In this document: in pieces, positions 46,376-56,218 of the stretch | How positions within the stretch are numbered: position 1 is the first letter of the stretch | How the letters are laid out: the number at the start of each line of letters is the position of its first letter | IMG/VR virus record: IMGVR_UViG_3300022745_000021 | Coordinates: 40,960 to 104,959 of that record | Reading direction: 5' to 3' (one strand) | Source: a virus | DNA: 64,000 nt | Translations under genes and position numbers: made by a program | Notes under the pieces: model-generated | Seen by the model: the letters and a program-made list of their open reading frames with translations, nothing else | The model's database searches: none | What the model was told of the DNA's origin: nothing

Positions 46376-47458
46376 TCACATTGCTCCTCGTCCAGCCAAC
46401 TGCAACCGCTTGGCCTGCCTGCGGTCCGGTCGCCACATCCGGGTTTCAGCGATCATCGTCAGGACCATGTCCCGCGTGAGATTATCCACGTCGGGCTGGA
46501 CGCCCTCGGGGAAGTCGGGGAAGTCGGGAACCAGCAGCGGAACGTGGCCGTAGAGCTTGCCGATGGCACTCTCCTCGATCTTGCGCTCCTCGGCCTCGGG
46601 GTCGAACACCCCGAACGTCGCGCCGTCGCCGGCCTCGTCGGGGTCGAACAGCAGGACGGTGGTGTCCCCGGCCAGCCGCACGATCGCCGCCTTCTCGTCG
46701 GTCATCGCCGAGCCAAGGATGGCGCCGACGTCGTGGGTCTCCTCCATGCCGATCTCGTGCATGCGGGCATAGGCGATCAACCCCTCGACGAGCAGCTTGG
46801 GCACGCCCGGCCGCCAGCGCTCCGCGCCCAGCACCAGATGCCGCTTGGGCAGCCCGCCATAGTCGAGCACCTTGGGTTCGTGGCCCGGGATCACCGTGCG
46901 CCCGGAAAACCCGTAGAGCAGACCATCGGTGTGCCGGACCGGGAACACGACGCGCCGCTTCTCGGGGTCGAACACCAGTCCGAGCTTATCGCAGGTCGCC
47001 CGCGACACCCCGCGCTGGACCATGAACCGGGCGGCCTCGCGGTGCGCCTCGATCTTGTCGAACAGCCCGTGCCACATGTCCTCGTCGAGCGGTTCGATCT
47101 CGTCCTCGGGCAGGTAGACCGGATCGTCGAAGGCGCGGTAGACGCGGCTGCCGCGCTCGTTGTCCTCGGCCTCGGTGAACAGGTCCGAGTAATCGCGCTG
47201 CCGGAACTTCTGGAGCAGGCGGATCAGCTTGCCCACCGACCCCTTCTGGTGGCAGGCCCAGCACTGGAAAATGCTGGTGCCGGTGTCGTTGACGACGATG
47301 CCGAACGACGAGCGCCGGTCGGTGCCGCGCTCGTGGGTCCACGGGGCCAGCGGGCAGGAAGCATTCAGCCACGTGGCATGCTTGATCCGGTCCCGGCGGG
47401 TTTCGATGCCGCCGATGCCGAGCTTTGCCATGACCTGCCGAAGGGCTTCCTCCCGCAT
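46376..47458 (-). CDS. DNA primase (Zn finger + TOPRIM)
   Basis: CPLAPWTH..FQCWAC, FPVRH..GFSGR, LLVEG, FDPDEAG. Confidence 0.88.
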   Translation of the reverse strand: MREEALRQVMAKLGIGGIETRRDRIKHATWLNASCPLAPWTHERGTDRRSSFGIVVNDTGTSIFQCWACHQKGSVGKLIRLLQKFRQRDYSDLFTEAEDNERGSRVYRAFDDPVYLPEDEIEPLDEDMWHGLFDKIEAHREAARFMVQRGVSRATCDKLGLVFDPEKRRVVFPVRHTDGLLYGFSGRTVIPGHEPKVLDYGGLPKRHLVLGAERWRPGVPKLLVEGLIAYARMHEIGMEETHDVGAILGSAMTDEKAAIVRLAGDTTVLLFDPDEAGDGATFGVFDPEAEERKIEESAIGKLYGHVPLLVPDFPDFPEGVQPDVDNLTRDMVLTMIAETRMWRPDRRQAKRLQLAGRGAM

Positions 47459-47471
47459 TGCCGATCACCCC

Positions 47472-48050
47472 TTACGTGCGCTTGCGCACCTTGAACTCGG
47501 GTTCCTTGGTAACGGTCGAGAGCACCTTGTCCAGCAGCGGCTTGCCGCCGAAGTTGGTGACCGCCTCGCGGCTGATCTTGCACAGGCCGATCGCGTCCTT
47601 GGGGCCGATCTCGGCGAACAGCTTCACCGGATCGACTTCCTCGGCGACGGCGGACATTTCGCCGACGTCGTAGATGGTCTCGCCGAGCTTGATCGCGAAG
47701 TTGGCGACCTTGTGCTGCTTGACGAACTTCGCCAGCGCGCGTTCCGCCTTGGTCTCGGCCGACTTCGCCTTGGCGGCGATGTCCTTGAGGCGCAGGAACT
47801 CCTGCACGTCGGCGATGGCCTTGGTCTTGGCTTCCTCGGGCGTGAGGTTGCTGGCCTCGACCAGCACCTCGACCTCGGCGATCACGGTGGGGACGAGCGT
47901 GGTGTTGCTGGTGGCCGGGGGAGCCACGTCGGCCGCCGACACTTCCGGCTGCGACGCCGGGGCGGGACGGTTGCGGGCGCGCACCCGGGGGGCCGGGGCG
48001 CTGGTGGTCTCGGGTGCGGAAGCCTTCGCGGCGACTGCGGTGATGGTCAT
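47472..48050 (-). CDS. hypothetical protein
   Basis: MTITAVA start, GAGGAG SD. Confidence 0.65.
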   Translation of the reverse strand: MTITAVAAKASAPETTSAPAPRVRARNRPAPASQPEVSAADVAPPATSNTTLVPTVIAEVEVLVEASNLTPEEAKTKAIADVQEFLRLKDIAAKAKSAETKAERALAKFVKQHKVANFAIKLGETIYDVGEMSAVAEEVDPVKLFAEIGPKDAIGLCKISREAVTNFGGKPLLDKVLSTVTKEPEFKVRKRT

Positions 48051-48106
48051 TGTCTGGGTCTCCTCTTTTGCTGCCGGCACCCTTGTACCGTTATCGTGGT
48101 TCTACG

Positions 48107-48613
48107 TCAAGCGGGTTTTTCGTACTCGCCGCAACCCTTGCCGATCTGGCCCTTGTCGTCGCGGGCAGTGAACTCCTGCCACGGCACCCAGCCCTGCGGG
48201 CAGGCAAAGCCCCAGTCGCGCTCGAACACGCCCGACATGAACAGCGTGATCGCGGGCTGGTTGTCGATCAGTTCGACCCGGTGCAGCGCGGTCGCCGGGC
48301 GGCTGATGACGTCGCCGGCATAGCGGCGGAAGCTGCCCTCGGGGGTGTGCTCGATGTAGCCGCCTTCGAGCACGATGCTGGTGTTCGCCCACGGGTGATC
48401 GTGGAACGCGCGGTCGTCGTCGGACGCGCGGAACTCGTGCAGGTAGACGTTCTGGAGCACGTTGCGCGGGATCACCCACCAGCGGCGCAGATAGTCAGCC
48501 CCGATGACGAAGTCGGGTTCGCGCGACGCCATAAGCTCGCGTGCCCATGCCGCCATGCCGGCGAGATCGAGGCGGTGGTCGGTGGCGGGGGCGGTAATTG
48601 GTTGGTTGTCCAT
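48107..48613 (-). CDS. cupin-like phage protein
   Basis: YLHEF..SDDDRAFHDHPW..GGYIEH..LHRV..WGF. Confidence 0.7.
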   Translation of the reverse strand: MDNQPITAPATDHRLDLAGMAAWARELMASREPDFVIGADYLRRWWVIPRNVLQNVYLHEFRASDDDRAFHDHPWANTSIVLEGGYIEHTPEGSFRRYAGDVISRPATALHRVELIDNQPAITLFMSGVFERDWGFACPQGWVPWQEFTARDDKGQIGKGCGEYEKPA

Positions 48614-48706
48614 ACGTGTTCCTTTCCGGTCTGTCTTGCCCCTACACGTGTTGCTCGGGGCGGGGTTGCAACGCGTTGCAGGGTTCGGGTGGTTACTCGG
48701 GGGTGG

Positions 48707-51700
48707 TTACGCGGTGAGCCTGACGTGCACCGACGCCAGCGCGTCCTCGGGCGACATGCTCGGGGTGAGCACCCACTGCGGATCACCCTCGACGAACGCC
48801 TTGAGGATCGCGTCCTCGTCGCTGTGCTGATACCACGTCGGCATCACCGAGTTGATGTCCTCGCGCTCGGCCATTTCGCCAAGGCTGGCCGGCGAGATTT
48901 CGGCGTCGGAGCCGAACGGCAGCGGCGCGGTGATCCCGAACCACTCCTCCAGCGGCGGGTTCTGCATGAACCAGCACAGGACCGGAAGCACGGCCTCCTC
49001 GTAGCCTTCCTCGATCTCCAGCACGACCTGATCGTGGACGGTGAGCACGACGCGGGCGATGTCGGGGTGGACATGCGCTTGGAAGCGGTAGGCCCCGATC
49101 AGGCACAAGTCCGACCCCACACGCTGGATCGGCGCGTTGATCGCCTGCCGCTCGGTTTCCGAAACGGTCGAGCGGTTGTCCGACTTGATGCTTGGCAGGT
49201 GGCGGGCCGCGCCAAGCAAGCCGCGCACCATGCAGTCACGGTGTACGATTTCGCGCATGACGGCATGCCACGGCTCAAGCCGGTAGCGATCGAAGTAGCG
49301 GTTGCGGATCGTCACCGCTTCCTCGCTGGTGAAGTCCACCCCGTAGTTGGTCTTGGCGTAGGTGCGGAAGGTCTCGGCCATCGCGCCGTAAACGAACCCG
49401 AACGAAACTGCCTTGGCGCGGAAGCGTTGCAGTGCGTGCAGCGACTTCAAGGTCAGCGCCGCGCGCTTCTCGGGGCTGGTCTGGTCGAACAGCTGCTTGG
49501 CGCCGGGCAGGTCGAGCACATCGCGCAGGAACACCGCGTCGGTCTTCCACGTCGCGAACTCCTCGGCGGATAGCCCCAACGACACAGCTGCCGTCGCGGC
49601 GTGAATGTCGCCATTCGCCCGGTAAATGTCGATCATGTTGGCTTCGTTTGCCATCCACGCGACCAGCCGAAGCTCGATCTGGCTCATGTCCGATGCGCCG
49701 AACACCTTGCGCGGCCCGGGGCGCATGATGCGCTGGTACGGCTTCGCCCAGCGGCCCCGCTTGGGGAAGTTCTGACCGTTCGGCTCGCGGCTGGCGGTGC
49801 GCCCGGTGTTGGTCCCGGTCAGCGTGAAGCTCGGGTGGATTTTGCTCTGGTCCGACAGGTACTGCCAGAAGCCGGTGCCGTGCTCCTGTTTGCCGACGTA
49901 GGTCGAAGACATTTTCTTCGCCTTCATGAAGTCGGTCAGGTCGAGCACGAAGTTGCCGGCCTTGGCGTCGGTGACGAAGTACGGCAGGTGGTCCTTGGTC
50001 GAGACGGAGGCCACGCGCTGGTGCGCGGGCAGCCGCGCAGTCGAGGGCGTGAACACGCTCGGCTTGAGGCCGAAGCCGTCCTTGGAGAACAGCACGTCGC
50101 GGGTGAACTCGTCGCGGGTGAACGACAGCGCCTTGGACAACGCCTCCTGTTGCTTCTTGGTGCCCACCTTCCCGGCTGCCGTCGCGGCGGCCATGTGCTT
50201 GCGGCGGACAGGCGCGGGCACGCGGCGGATCAGCGAGCGGTAGAGGTCGCGGGTATAGGTGTCCACTTCCTCGCCAAGCGCGGTCAGGCGCTCTTGGTCG
50301 ATGGTGACGCCGGCCGGTTCGGTGACCTGCGCGAACATCATCAGCGAGGGCATCTGTACCTTGTGCAGCAGCTTCCACTGCTTGGGATCGCGGCGCAGGA
50401 TGTCGCGCAGGCGCTGCGCCAGTCGGAACACCGCGTCCGGGTCGCCGCCTGCGTAGCTGCGCATGCCGTGGGTGGTGATCTTGCCCGTCTCGTCGAGGAT
50501 GTCCTCGGGCGGCACCTCGATCATGCGGTCCTTGTTGGTGGTCTGGTTGAACGCGTCGGCGTAGCCTGCCATTTCGGGCACCCACACCCGGGTGCACTCG
50601 TCGAGGTTCCGCTGGATCATGTTCTCGTCCGCTTGGAACGACATGATCTCGGTGTCCATGTACCAGCCGCGCGGTTGCAACCGGCTGCAACTGCCGTCGC
50701 CGCGCCGCACGTTGACCTTGGAGAGGATGTGGTGATCGTACTTGAGGTTGTGCCCCAGCTTCTTGATCGACCGGTCCTCCATGAGGTCGGCCAGCTGGCG
50801 GATGCCCTCCTCCATCTGCGAGAACGGCAGGCCCGGGAACACCTTCTCCCAGTAGCGCTCGTGGATCGGCAGCAGGTAGCTCTCGCCGGGCTTGACGCAC
50901 AGCTGCGCAAGGAAGCCGAACACCTCGTCGCTGTACCAGCGCAGGCCGGTGGTTTCCGTGTCGGCCGCCATCACCGTCGGGCGGTTCTCGATAAGCTCGT
51001 GCAGGTCGGGCACCCAGCGGTAGTTGGTTACCTGCTTGACCATACCCGACGACTGGAAGTCATTGGCGCGCAGCTTGGCGATCGTGCGCCAGTCCGCCTC
51101 GAACACCGGGCGATGCTCGGGGTTGCGCAGCACGAAGCCCGGCGCGAACATCGGCATCACCGGCACCGGGGCACCGCCCACGGTGACGCCCTTGGCCTGC
51201 TCGATCGCACCGCGCGACTTGGTGATCTGCACCGAGCGGCCCAGCAGCGCCCGGCTGGCAAGCTCGCCCGTGGTCACCACCAGCCGGGGCTGGCGCGCGG
51301 TGATGATCTCGCGCAGCGCCTCGACGTGGGCCTCGACGTGCGCCCACTTGCGCGCGGCGGACGTGAGCGCGATGTCGCCGATAGGCGGGGCCAGCCGGAC
51401 GAACGCGACGTCGGTAAGGTCGATCCCGGCGGCCCGGGCGGTCTCGCGCATCAGGTGCATCGCCTCGGCCGTCGCCGGCAGCCCGGCGTTCCATGCCTCC
51501 ATTGCCTTGCGGTTACTCTCGACCAGCGCGTCGCACACGACAAGCACCTTGGCCTCGGCGTTGCCCCACACGAGGTTGACGCGGTTGGGGGCCTTGGCCT
51601 GCGCCGCGACGCCGGTGATCGCGCCGACGCGCGCCGGGGTCTGGGGCGTGTCCGGGGTGTTCTGGGGGGCGGCGCTGACCGCGCGGGGGATGATCGGCAT
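48707..51700 (-). CDS. polA: family A DNA polymerase with 3'-5' exonuclease and N-terminal UDG-like domain
   Basis: AADTETTGL, GHNLKYD, TGRTAS.EPNGQNFP, DMSQIELR, RAKAVSFGFVYG, TVHDQV; N-terminal VVTTG..A..LLG..ITKSRG..PMFAP. Confidence 0.93.
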   Translation of the reverse strand: MPIIPRAVSAAPQNTPDTPQTPARVGAITGVAAQAKAPNRVNLVWGNAEAKVLVVCDALVESNRKAMEAWNAGLPATAEAMHLMRETARAAGIDLTDVAFVRLAPPIGDIALTSAARKWAHVEAHVEALREIITARQPRLVVTTGELASRALLGRSVQITKSRGAIEQAKGVTVGGAPVPVMPMFAPGFVLRNPEHRPVFEADWRTIAKLRANDFQSSGMVKQVTNYRWVPDLHELIENRPTVMAADTETTGLRWYSDEVFGFLAQLCVKPGESYLLPIHERYWEKVFPGLPFSQMEEGIRQLADLMEDRSIKKLGHNLKYDHHILSKVNVRRGDGSCSRLQPRGWYMDTEIMSFQADENMIQRNLDECTRVWVPEMAGYADAFNQTTNKDRMIEVPPEDILDETGKITTHGMRSYAGGDPDAVFRLAQRLRDILRRDPKQWKLLHKVQMPSLMMFAQVTEPAGVTIDQERLTALGEEVDTYTRDLYRSLIRRVPAPVRRKHMAAATAAGKVGTKKQQEALSKALSFTRDEFTRDVLFSKDGFGLKPSVFTPSTARLPAHQRVASVSTKDHLPYFVTDAKAGNFVLDLTDFMKAKKMSSTYVGKQEHGTGFWQYLSDQSKIHPSFTLTGTNTGRTASREPNGQNFPKRGRWAKPYQRIMRPGPRKVFGASDMSQIELRLVAWMANEANMIDIYRANGDIHAATAAVSLGLSAEEFATWKTDAVFLRDVLDLPGAKQLFDQTSPEKRAALTLKSLHALQRFRAKAVSFGFVYGAMAETFRTYAKTNYGVDFTSEEAVTIRNRYFDRYRLEPWHAVMREIVHRDCMVRGLLGAARHLPSIKSDNRSTVSETERQAINAPIQRVGSDLCLIGAYRFQAHVHPDIARVVLTVHDQVVLEIEEGYEEAVLPVLCWFMQNPPLEEWFGITAPLPFGSDAEISPASLGEMAEREDINSVMPTWYQHSDEDAILKAFVEGDPQWVLTPSMSPEDALASVHVRLTA

Positions 51701-52989
51701 CAGATATTCCCCGTGAGGCGGGCCATCAGCTGTTCGTGCTCGTCCTCGCGGGGAAGCTCGCTGAAATCCATCGGGTTGAACAGGAAGTTGGTGTCGAAGT
51801 CGAACAGTTCACCGTCGCGGTTCTTGCCGCCGGTGTACTTGCGCTTGGTGCGCCGGAAGGTCGGGTCATCGACGTAGTCCACCGCGACGACGACGCTGGA
51901 GATTTGACCGATCACGTCACCGCCCGCGATCTGGTTCATGTCGAAGGCGACGCCCTCTTTCTTCTCGCGCGACAGCTGGAGCGACTGGATCACCGGCAGG
52001 TTGCGGTCCTGCGCGATGCCCTTGATCTCCTCGCCGACGTCGTAGATTTTCTCCCAGCGCGCGCCGTTGTTGCGCTGCTTCTTCTGCGAGCCGACGAGGT
52101 ACGACGCGTCGATGTAAAGCCCGTCGGGTCCGAACTCCTGCACCAGCCGGTCGATGTCGGCGGTGGTTTTCTTGAAGGACCCCGACATCAGGTGGAACGG
52201 CGGCAGGTTGCGGGCGCGCTCGACCCATTCGTGGAGGATTTCCTCGCCGTGCATGGTGATCCGGCCCCGGCGGATGTCGTCGGGGTTCATGCCGGACGCC
52301 AGCGCCAGCATACGCCGCGCCATCTGGTGGTCGGTCATTTCCATGGTGACCAGCACCACGGGGTGCCCGGCGAGCCACGCCGTGAGCGCCATGAACAGGA
52401 TCGTCCACGACTTGCCGACGTTGGGGCGGGCGACGACGGAAATCACGTCACCGGGCTGGCCGCCTGCGGTGGCCCGGTTCATGGTGTACCAGCCGAACGG
52501 GACGCCGGTAAGCTCCCCTGCCCCGTTCATGCGCAGCAAGAGCGCTTCTTCGAGCACGGTCGCCATGGCGTCGGCGAGCGGCACGGTGTCCCGGCGCCCG
52601 TCAAATTCCGACATCGCCCGGTACAGGTCGCGCACGATCTGGCGCACGCCCTCGACGTTGCGCGCGGTGATCGCGGTGTCGAGGTCGGTCATGCAGGCCG
52701 CCGCCGCCGAGTACACCGCCCGGTCGCGCAGGCGGTCGATCCAGTAGTCGAGCGGCCCCGTCGCGGTCGGCAGGTTGAAGCCGTTCTGGCGCATGATGTC
52801 CACCGACGGCAGCGAGCCGTGGCGCTGGTAGAAGCCCGACAGGAAGTCGTAGGCGGACTGCTCCTCGGGGAAGAACAGGCCCGGCGACAGCGAGCGCATG
52901 GTGGTGCGGCTGCCGGCGTCGATCACCGCGCGCAGCGCTTGCAGCGCCGTGGACGCGATCGAACTGGAGGCGGTCGGCTGGATCGTCAC
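51700..52989 (-). CDS. dnaB: DnaB-like replicative helicase
   Basis: ARPNVGKS, VTMEM, YIDASYL, QLSR, KNRDGE. Confidence 0.9.
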   Translation of the reverse strand: MTIQPTASSSIASTALQALRAVIDAGSRTTMRSLSPGLFFPEEQSAYDFLSGFYQRHGSLPSVDIMRQNGFNLPTATGPLDYWIDRLRDRAVYSAAAACMTDLDTAITARNVEGVRQIVRDLYRAMSEFDGRRDTVPLADAMATVLEEALLLRMNGAGELTGVPFGWYTMNRATAGGQPGDVISVVARPNVGKSWTILFMALTAWLAGHPVVLVTMEMTDHQMARRMLALASGMNPDDIRRGRITMHGEEILHEWVERARNLPPFHLMSGSFKKTTADIDRLVQEFGPDGLYIDASYLVGSQKKQRNNGARWEKIYDVGEEIKGIAQDRNLPVIQSLQLSREKKEGVAFDMNQIAGGDVIGQISSVVVAVDYVDDPTFRRTKRKYTGGKNRDGELFDFDTNFLFNPMDFSELPREDEHEQLMARLTGNI

Positions 52990-53549
52990 TTGGCTGCGCC
53001 CTCGGTGATGCGCACCACGCGGTTGTGCTGTTCGAGGGTCTGCTCGATCAGGCCGTCCCACCAGCCCACCGGCTCGGCGGCGCGGCGGGTCACGGTGACG
53101 GCGCGGTTATCGGTCACCCGGTCTTCGATGAAGGCTTCGACCAGCGCGATCTCGTAGCTGCGCAGCGGGTTCTCGTGGCCGGTCTCGAAGTCGCGGATCA
53201 CGAGGTGGCGGATGGCGCGAAGCTCGGCTTCGTTCTCGGCGAGGAGCTTGGGCAGGCGGACCAGCGGCACGACGCGGGTGGTGAGGCCGACGAACAGCAT
53301 GGCCCGGGCGGTGAGCATGACGATCTCGGTGGCCTTGGGGGTCGCGCCCCGGAAGTCGAAGCCCAGCCCTTCATCGCGAATGCGCAGTGCGTGGTCGATG
53401 ATGAACTTCTTGAGCGCCGCGCCGGTCTCGCCCAGTTCTTCGAGGCTGCGGTTGTGGAACGACCGACCGATGCCAGCGTCGGCGAGCGCCTGAATGGCGT
53501 CCTCGCTGCGCTGTTCGCTGTGCGTGCCGACGTACCGCTGCTCGATCAC
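52986..53549 (-). CDS. DnaC-like helicase loader (degenerate P-loop)
   Basis: Lies between initiator and helicase; AGI..F..RSL, HLVIRDF, R..NRAVTVT; no intact Walker A. Confidence 0.5.
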   Translation of the reverse strand: MIEQRYVGTHSEQRSEDAIQALADAGIGRSFHNRSLEELGETGAALKKFIIDHALRIRDEGLGFDFRGATPKATEIVMLTARAMLFVGLTTRVVPLVRLPKLLAENEAELRAIRHLVIRDFETGHENPLRSYEIALVEAFIEDRVTDNRAVTVTRRAAEPVGWWDGLIEQTLEQHNRVVRITEGAAK

Positions 53550-55183
53550 GAATTGGTTTCCCCGTTGTTGGTGGTGGCCTTGCCGAAGAAGGCGCGATCG
53601 GCGTCCGCCGCGCTCATTCCCGTCCGTGCCAGTAACTGCCTAGCAACACTTGTAGGCTTCTCCTCGCCGCGTGGCAACCCCCTTTCGGTTGCAACTGGTT
53701 GCAACGGCGCGGGGGCCACCGGGGCGGGACGGGTCCGCACCCGCGCCTTGGGTAGCCGGGCCGCTTCGCGCTCGGCGGCGGCGCGCACCTTGGCCTCGGC
53801 GACGATCTGGATCGCGTTGTCCTGACTGTAGCCCTTGGCGACCAGTTCCTCGACCTGCGACAGCGAAAGGTCATCCAGCGCCCGGGCACGGGCCTTGGTC
53901 ATGAACTCGTTGTGGAAGTGCTCGAAGAACGCGCCGAGAAACCCGATCTTGGGCAGCGTCGGCGGCGGGGTATGCAGGCCCGAGAGCTTGCCGGTCACCG
54001 GACGCCAGTTGGTCACGGCGAACGTGAGGAAGTCGCAGAACGCGCCGTTGACCTTGGGCCAGCGGGCAAACAGCGCCATGGCCTGTCCGCGCTCCTGCTT
54101 GCTCCACAGCGGCGGCCGGGTCTCGTCGCGGAAGGCGTCCGCCCATGCCACGCCCCAGACCAGTTCGAGGTCCGCGCCACGGATCACGCCGGCAATCGTG
54201 CTGGACTTCTGACCCGGCGGCAGCGGTGCGGCGCAGTTCACGCGGTTGATCGCGGATTGCAACCGGGTTGCAACTTTCTTGGCAGCGGCAGCGCGGTGCG
54301 CTTCGACGATTTCACGGACGGATGGTTCGTCGGATTTTTCAGCGCGAGCCTTGTTCAGCTGACTTTCGGCGAAAGGCATTTCGATCTGGCCTGCCCGTTC
54401 GTCTTCGGAAAACTCGTCCTCTGAAAATCCATCGTCGAACAAGGTGGCAGGCACGGCGGCAGCCGTGACCGGCGCGGCAGCGCCGTGGTGAGAAGTATCA
54501 GTGAAGGTACTAGTGTAGGTATCAGTATTATGTGGTCGCGTGGCGACCAAGGGTCGGTCGCGTGGCGACCAAGGGTCGGTCGTCTCCTGACCTAGGGTAG
54601 GTCGCGTGGCGACCACCCCTGCATTCAATCGCTTAGGGGTCGGAATGGTTGGCGGCACGGCGGTAATCTCCCACGGGGCGAGCACGAGTTCGACGTTCAC
54701 GGACAGCTTCAAGCCGATCATGCAGCCGGTTTTCTGGTCGTAGCGCAGCGTCTGGTTGACGATGCCAAGGTCCACGAGCTTGGCGAGGCACGCCTTCACG
54801 GTCGTGCGGCCGATGCCGATAGGTGGGGTGTTCCACTGCCCCTTGCCAGAGGTGCGCCCGTCCACGATCTCGCCGATCGTCGTGTCGATGTGGTCGAAGC
54901 CCCACTGTACGGTCATGTCCTGAATGCGCAGGAACACCGCCCGATCGTTCGGGTTCAGGAGCGCGCCCCATCGCCGCTCGATCGCCTGCGGGACCAAGAC
55001 TTTGATGGACACACCCCCGGGGTCCGGGGTAGCCGGGTATAGATCATCATCCGCCGGGGACATGCCTCGTCGCTTTGCCAGATGCCTTACACCGTCAAGC
55101 GGGCCTGCCACGGCCTTCTCGTCGGGACCACTGGAATCAGTGGTGCCAGTTTGGTACGATTTTACGTCTGCCATGTCCAGCAC
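53546..55183 (-). CDS. replication initiator protein (wHTH N-terminus, iterons inside the gene)
   Basis: IGIGRTTVKACLAKLVDLGIV wHTH; internal direct repeats; upstream of DnaC-like and DnaB. Confidence 0.6.
   Translation of the reverse strand: MLDMADVKSYQTGTTDSSGPDEKAVAGPLDGVRHLAKRRGMSPADDDLYPATPDPGGVSIKVLVPQAIERRWGALLNPNDRAVFLRIQDMTVQWGFDHIDTTIGEIVDGRTSGKGQWNTPPIGIGRTTVKACLAKLVDLGIVNQTLRYDQKTGCMIGLKLSVNVELVLAPWEITAVPPTIPTPKRLNAGVVATRPTLGQETTDPWSPRDRPLVATRPHNTDTYTSTFTDTSHHGAAAPVTAAAVPATLFDDGFSEDEFSEDERAGQIEMPFAESQLNKARAEKSDEPSVREIVEAHRAAAAKKVATRLQSAINRVNCAAPLPPGQKSSTIAGVIRGADLELVWGVAWADAFRDETRPPLWSKQERGQAMALFARWPKVNGAFCDFLTFAVTNWRPVTGKLSGLHTPPPTLPKIGFLGAFFEHFHNEFMTKARARALDDLSLSQVEELVAKGYSQDNAIQIVAEAKVRAAAEREAARLPKARVRTRPAPVAPAPLQPVATERGLPRGEEKPTSVARQLLARTGMSAADADRAFFGKATTNNGETNS
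54534..54615. repeat. four 22-bp-phased iterons, putative replication origin
   Basis: GGTCGCGTGGCGACCAAGGGTC x2, a degenerate third copy and a partial fourth; AT-richer tract alongside at 54491-54533. Confidence 0.75.
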
Positions 55184-55240
55184 TTATCAACAGGTTTATG
55201 CGCAGGCCGCCTTGACCTGCGCTTGGGATTTTCGAGGTGC

Positions 55241-55543
55241 CTACACGTGTTCGGGCGGCCCCAAAGCACGGTGCTGCGCACACGTGTGATCCCGGTCGGT
55301 GCGCCGGTGCTTGGGCATCAGCTGGCATATCCCTGACCGGTTCCACTTGGCGGTGCGTTCGCGCACGATCGCGTTGTGGAGCAGCTGCGCCTCGGAATAC
55401 TTGTCGCAGGTGAAGCCAAGGAAGCCCCTCACCCGCTCCTGCACAAGTTCAGGCGGCAGGGGCGCGTCCTCGCCCTCGGGAGCACAGGGTTTCCAGCACT
55501 GGCAGCTGGCGCACGTCCAGCCGGTCGGGTCAGCGCCGGCCAT
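55241..55543 (-). CDS. Cys-rich small protein
   Basis: CASCQCW..GICQLMP..CAQH. Confidence 0.55.
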   Translation of the reverse strand: MAGADPTGWTCASCQCWKPCAPEGEDAPLPPELVQERVRGFLGFTCDKYSEAQLLHNAIVRERTAKWNRSGICQLMPKHRRTDRDHTCAQHRALGPPEHV

Positions 55544-55896
55544 CAGAACTGGCCCTGCAAACGCAGCGCGTCGAGGTAGGCGATCTCGGCCTTAACCGCG
55601 TCGTCGTACTCGGCGAACAGCATCGGCCGGTCGTCCACGTAGTTGGCCGCGCCCACGAAGCCTTCCGGTTCCACCGTACCGACCGCCTCGATCCAGCGCC
55701 GGTAACTGACAGGGCCGCGCCCCGCGTCCTGCAACACGTCTATGAACCACGCCTGCACATCCTCGGCCCACTCGATCAGACTAGCGCGCTGGATGTCGGC
55801 CTTGCCGAACTGGCGCAGGTCCAGCCCCTGTCCCGGCTTGCGTTGCAGCCCCGAAACAGTCCCGTCAGGGGCCACGGAGATTACTTGGGTCGTCAT
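55543..55896 (-). CDS. hypothetical protein of the AAA module
   Basis: MTTQVIS start; LDLRQFG.ADIQRAS.IEW..AEI.YL. Confidence 0.65.
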   Translation of the reverse strand: MTTQVISVAPDGTVSGLQRKPGQGLDLRQFGKADIQRASLIEWAEDVQAWFIDVLQDAGRGPVSYRRWIEAVGTVEPEGFVGAANYVDDRPMLFAEYDDAVKAEIAYLDALRLQGQF

Positions 55897-55973
55897 GGGG
55901 TCGTTTCCTCTCGTCTTCGCGCTGACGCGCCCTGCCACGGGCAATGGGGGCAGGTTTCCCCGCCCCCGTCGGG

Positions 55974-56186
55974 TTACCACTTGAGCGTGTTGTGCTCGGT
56001 CTCGCCCTCGGTTTCGATCGAGTGGTACTCGGTCTTGAGGGTACGGGTGGCGCTGATCGAACCGTCCGACAGCGCCTTCTCGATCGCCTTTGTGGCATCA
56101 GTGCAGCCAACCCCGTTGAAGCCGACGGCCTCGACGGTGGGCAGCCCGAGCGGGCTGATCGTGATCTTGATGCTCTTGCCGTCCAT
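55974..56186 (-). CDS. DUF2997-like protein
   Basis: IKITISP.G..TVEAVGF.G.GC.DATKAIEKAL..TEY. Confidence 0.75.
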   Translation of the reverse strand: MDGKSIKITISPLGLPTVEAVGFNGVGCTDATKAIEKALSDGSISATRTLKTEYHSIETEGETEHNTLKW

Positions 56187-56218
56187 GTGTCTGGGTCTCC
56201 TCTGGCTGGCGGGTGGGG

